A DNA stretch of 63,077 bases, counting the filler, from an uncultured bacterium (GTDB taxonomy: Bacteria; Latescibacterota; UBA2968), in the NCBI GenBank assembly GCA_964471275.1. It is 11 parts of 11 records of this genome, joined end to end, with 100 filler letters (N's around TTAATTAATTAA, not from the genome) between each part and the next. Parts side by side here need not be neighbours in the genome. Positions count along the whole stretch, not along the records: positions 57,590 to 63,077 come from CAYYGZ010000279.1; 10 more parts are not named here. One strand, given 5' to 3'. Below are positions 60,949 through 63,077 of the stretch, one piece after another. The translations under genes and the position numbers were made by a program. Numbering within the stretch: the first letter of the stretch is position 1; every line of letters starts with the position of its first letter. Below the pieces are notes generated by a model. That model was not told the DNA's origin. It searched no databases and saw nothing but the letters and a program-made list of their open reading frames with translations.

Positions 60949-62304
60949 ATGTTCGATTGGGCGTCAGAATCGGCGATCACGCCATTGCTGAAAAGCAGAG
61001 GGTTTACGCAGAAGGCAGCAGACTCACGGGCAGCACTGTTCACGGATTGTGGCCGCCGATTACTCGAACAGCAGTCGATCCGGGGTCTTCGCGGATGGTG
61101 GGTGCCCGGCCGGATCGAGGTTCTGGGGAAACATACGGACTATGCCGGTGGGCGGAGCTTGTTGTGTGCGACCGATCGCGGAGTCGCCTGCGTCGTGAAC
61201 CCTCGGGGAGACGCAACCGTCACGATCGAGGATCTGCGTACTGGACAGCAGGACGCGTTCGAGATCCATCACGACCTGGAAACGACAACGGGCGACTGGA
61301 CCAACTACCCCCGGACTGCCGCTCGTCGTATAACCAGGAACTTTGGTCCCCTGCGGGGCGCCGACATTGCCTTCAAGAGCGATCTCCCGCTTGCCGCCGG
61401 CATGAGTTCATCGAGTGCCCTGATCGTCACCTTCGCGACAGTCCTTCTCCAGATCAACGAACTACAGATACACGCCGAGTATCGTGCGAATATCTCGACG
61501 GACGAGGAACTTGCGGGATACCTGGGAACGGTTGAGAATGGGCAGACCTTCGGGACGCTTGAAGGTGACGCCGGTGTCGGCACGTTCGGCGGGAGTGAAG
61601 ATCACACGGCGATTCTCTGTTCATCGCCGAGTTTGGTCAAAGAGTATGCATTCTGCCCGATAAGACACGAGAGGTCTGTGTCGCTGCCGGAGAATCTGGT
61701 CTTTGTAATTGGCTCGAGCGGAGTTGTGGCCGAGAAGACGGGTGATGCACTGGAGCTGTACAACCGAGCCAGCCGATTGGCGGCTGCTGTTTCTGTCGCA
61801 TTGAGTGCCGCCAGAAACAAGACCTTCGCTCACATCGCCGCGGCTCTCGAGGATGTGAACGGCGACAACCTTCGGGAGTCTATCTCGGATAGCTGTTCCG
61901 GGCAGTTCACGGTGACCGACATGCTCAATCGGTTCGACCAGTTCGTAGTAGAGAGCGAGGAGATCATTCCGGCTGCGACGGAAGCGCTGGCGATCGGGGA
62001 TATCGAATTGTTTGGCAGGTTGGTGGATCGCTCACAAGAGACCGGCGTTCGCCTGCTGGGCAATCAAGTTGCCCAAACCATCTGGCTTGCACGTAAGGGA
62101 CGGAAACTGGGTGCGCTTGCCGCGTCTGCATTCGGCGCGGGATTCGGCGGAAGCGTATGGGCGCTCGTTGAGCAGCGGTCAGCTTGCAGCTTTTCTGAAC
62201 GGTGGTGCGACGCCTATCTGGAAGTGTTTCCGGAGCTCTCAGACACGGCGGAGTTCCTGACTACCGGGCCCGGTCCTTCGGCATTCGAGCTCGAGATCAC
62301 CTGA
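60949..62304 (+). CDS. Galactokinase-like GHMP kinase
   Basis: PGR...LG.HTDY.GG, P.AAGMSSSSA ATP loop, GAGFGG. Confidence 0.88.
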   Translation: MFDWASESAITPLLKSRGFTQKAADSRAALFTDCGRRLLEQQSIRGLRGWWVPGRIEVLGKHTDYAGGRSLLCATDRGVACVVNPRGDATVTIEDLRTGQQDAFEIHHDLETTTGDWTNYPRTAARRITRNFGPLRGADIAFKSDLPLAAGMSSSSALIVTFATVLLQINELQIHAEYRANISTDEELAGYLGTVENGQTFGTLEGDAGVGTFGGSEDHTAILCSSPSLVKEYAFCPIRHERSVSLPENLVFVIGSSGVVAEKTGDALELYNRASRLAAAVSVALSAARNKTFAHIAAALEDVNGDNLRESISDSCSGQFTVTDMLNRFDQFVVESEEIIPAATEALAIGDIELFGRLVDRSQETGVRLLGNQVAQTIWLARKGRKLGALAASAFGAGFGGSVWALVEQRSACSFSERWCDAYLEVFPELSDTAEFLTTGPGPSAFELEIT

Positions 62305-62317
62305 ATATCGCGCCCTG

Positions 62318-63077
62318 CTAGTGCTTGTAAAGTTCCGCATCTGGGTAGAAATCGGCCCAGGCGTACCAATAGATGTTTAAATGAGGGACAGGGACCAGAG
62401 ACCTTCCCTCCGACCCCGCACCTGTCAGCAGGTTCCAGACACTGCCTCCGATATCCCTCGCCATAGCGCCCTTGACGCCCTCACCAAACACCAGGACTGA
62501 ATCTCCGACCGTTCTTTTGTAGACACTGCTAGCGTAGTTCTCTGGGTCGTGATACACCAGGATCGGGATGCCCGCAATCTCATCTTCGACGAGTTTCCAG
62601 ACCTTCTGCTTCGCTGTTTTCCAGTGTTTCTTCCCGATCGGGTAGGCTTTCTGCCTGCCCTCAACACTGACCCCGATTACGAGATCCTTGTTGTCCAGGC
62701 GTCGATCGTGGTTCTCGGTCGGAAACAGCCCTGTCTGTGACGATCCGTGGTAACCCAAGTAGTTGTCGCGTCGCTGGTCCTCGCGCCCTCTGATCGTCAA
62801 CACTTTCGTATTGGGGAATGATCTTCTCCAAGCCCTCCACGTCACGATAGGTACAGCCGAAACCATCTCCAATCGCTTCCCCTTCAGCGAACCGTCTAGA
62901 CATTCACCGGTCATGTGTGACCAGAGTGAGCGTGTTTCCCGATCATACATGACGAGAGCGTTCTTCCATAGCTTGCCGCTCACGCCGAAAGTCAGTGTTT
63001 GCCCATCCAGGTCTCGACTATACACGATAGCCGTCCGGCAAAGAGGTCACCAGGTCGATGCTATGGCACGACCACCG
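62318..63077 (-). CDS. DUF3179 family (seleno)protein, 5' truncated, with in-frame TGA at 63047-63049
   Basis: Reads GGRAIASTW-(TGA)-PLCRTAIVYSR...FGVSGKLW..ALVMYDRET.SLWS..TGE...G.L.G..L and ends YW.AW..FYP. These are DUF3179 motifs, and the TGA sits at the first Cys of the family T[YW]CPLC motif. Confidence 0.88.
63007..63046 (-). promoter_or_regulatory. Putative bacterial SECIS element
   Basis: Downstream of the UGA: CGGCUAU-CGUGU-AUAGUCG stem-loop with a G-containing loop 21-25 nt after the UGA, extendable by CCGG/CUGG. Confidence 0.55.

Overview
This window is not one locus. It is 11 short contigs or scaffolds (about 5.5-5.9 kb each, in descending length order) joined by 100-bp N...TTAATTAATTAA...N spacers, which is typical of a concatenated draft genome or MAG, so gene adjacency across spacers means nothing. 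Most contigs look like one GC-rich heterotrophic bacterium rich in sulfatases and carbohydrate-active enzymes. The content and a C25/T9SS-type protein suggest an FCB-group lineage such as Latescibacterota (inference). Housekeeping genes include yidC, mnmE, rsmG with two parS sites, fumC, pyrB, glyA, folA, asnS, leuS, lysC, pfk, mlaEFD and tRNA-Pro(GGG). Items missed by the ORF track or otherwise notable: a ~1860-aa C25 gingipain/PorU-like peptidase; a DUF3179 selenoprotein with an in-frame UGA in a UxxC motif plus a SECIS-like hairpin; a ZMP/ZTP riboswitch before glyA and a DfrA12-like DHFR; a pyrL-like attenuator before pyrB; two IS481 ends that both lie 2 bp from the CTAG stop codon of a convergent gene; a minimal stand-alone PolX; an unassigned structured leader before a VOC gene; a small Cys-rich ORF; and a decayed tandem paralog. 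Contig 10 (52000-57489) and parts of pyrB and fumC look chimeric or misassembled.
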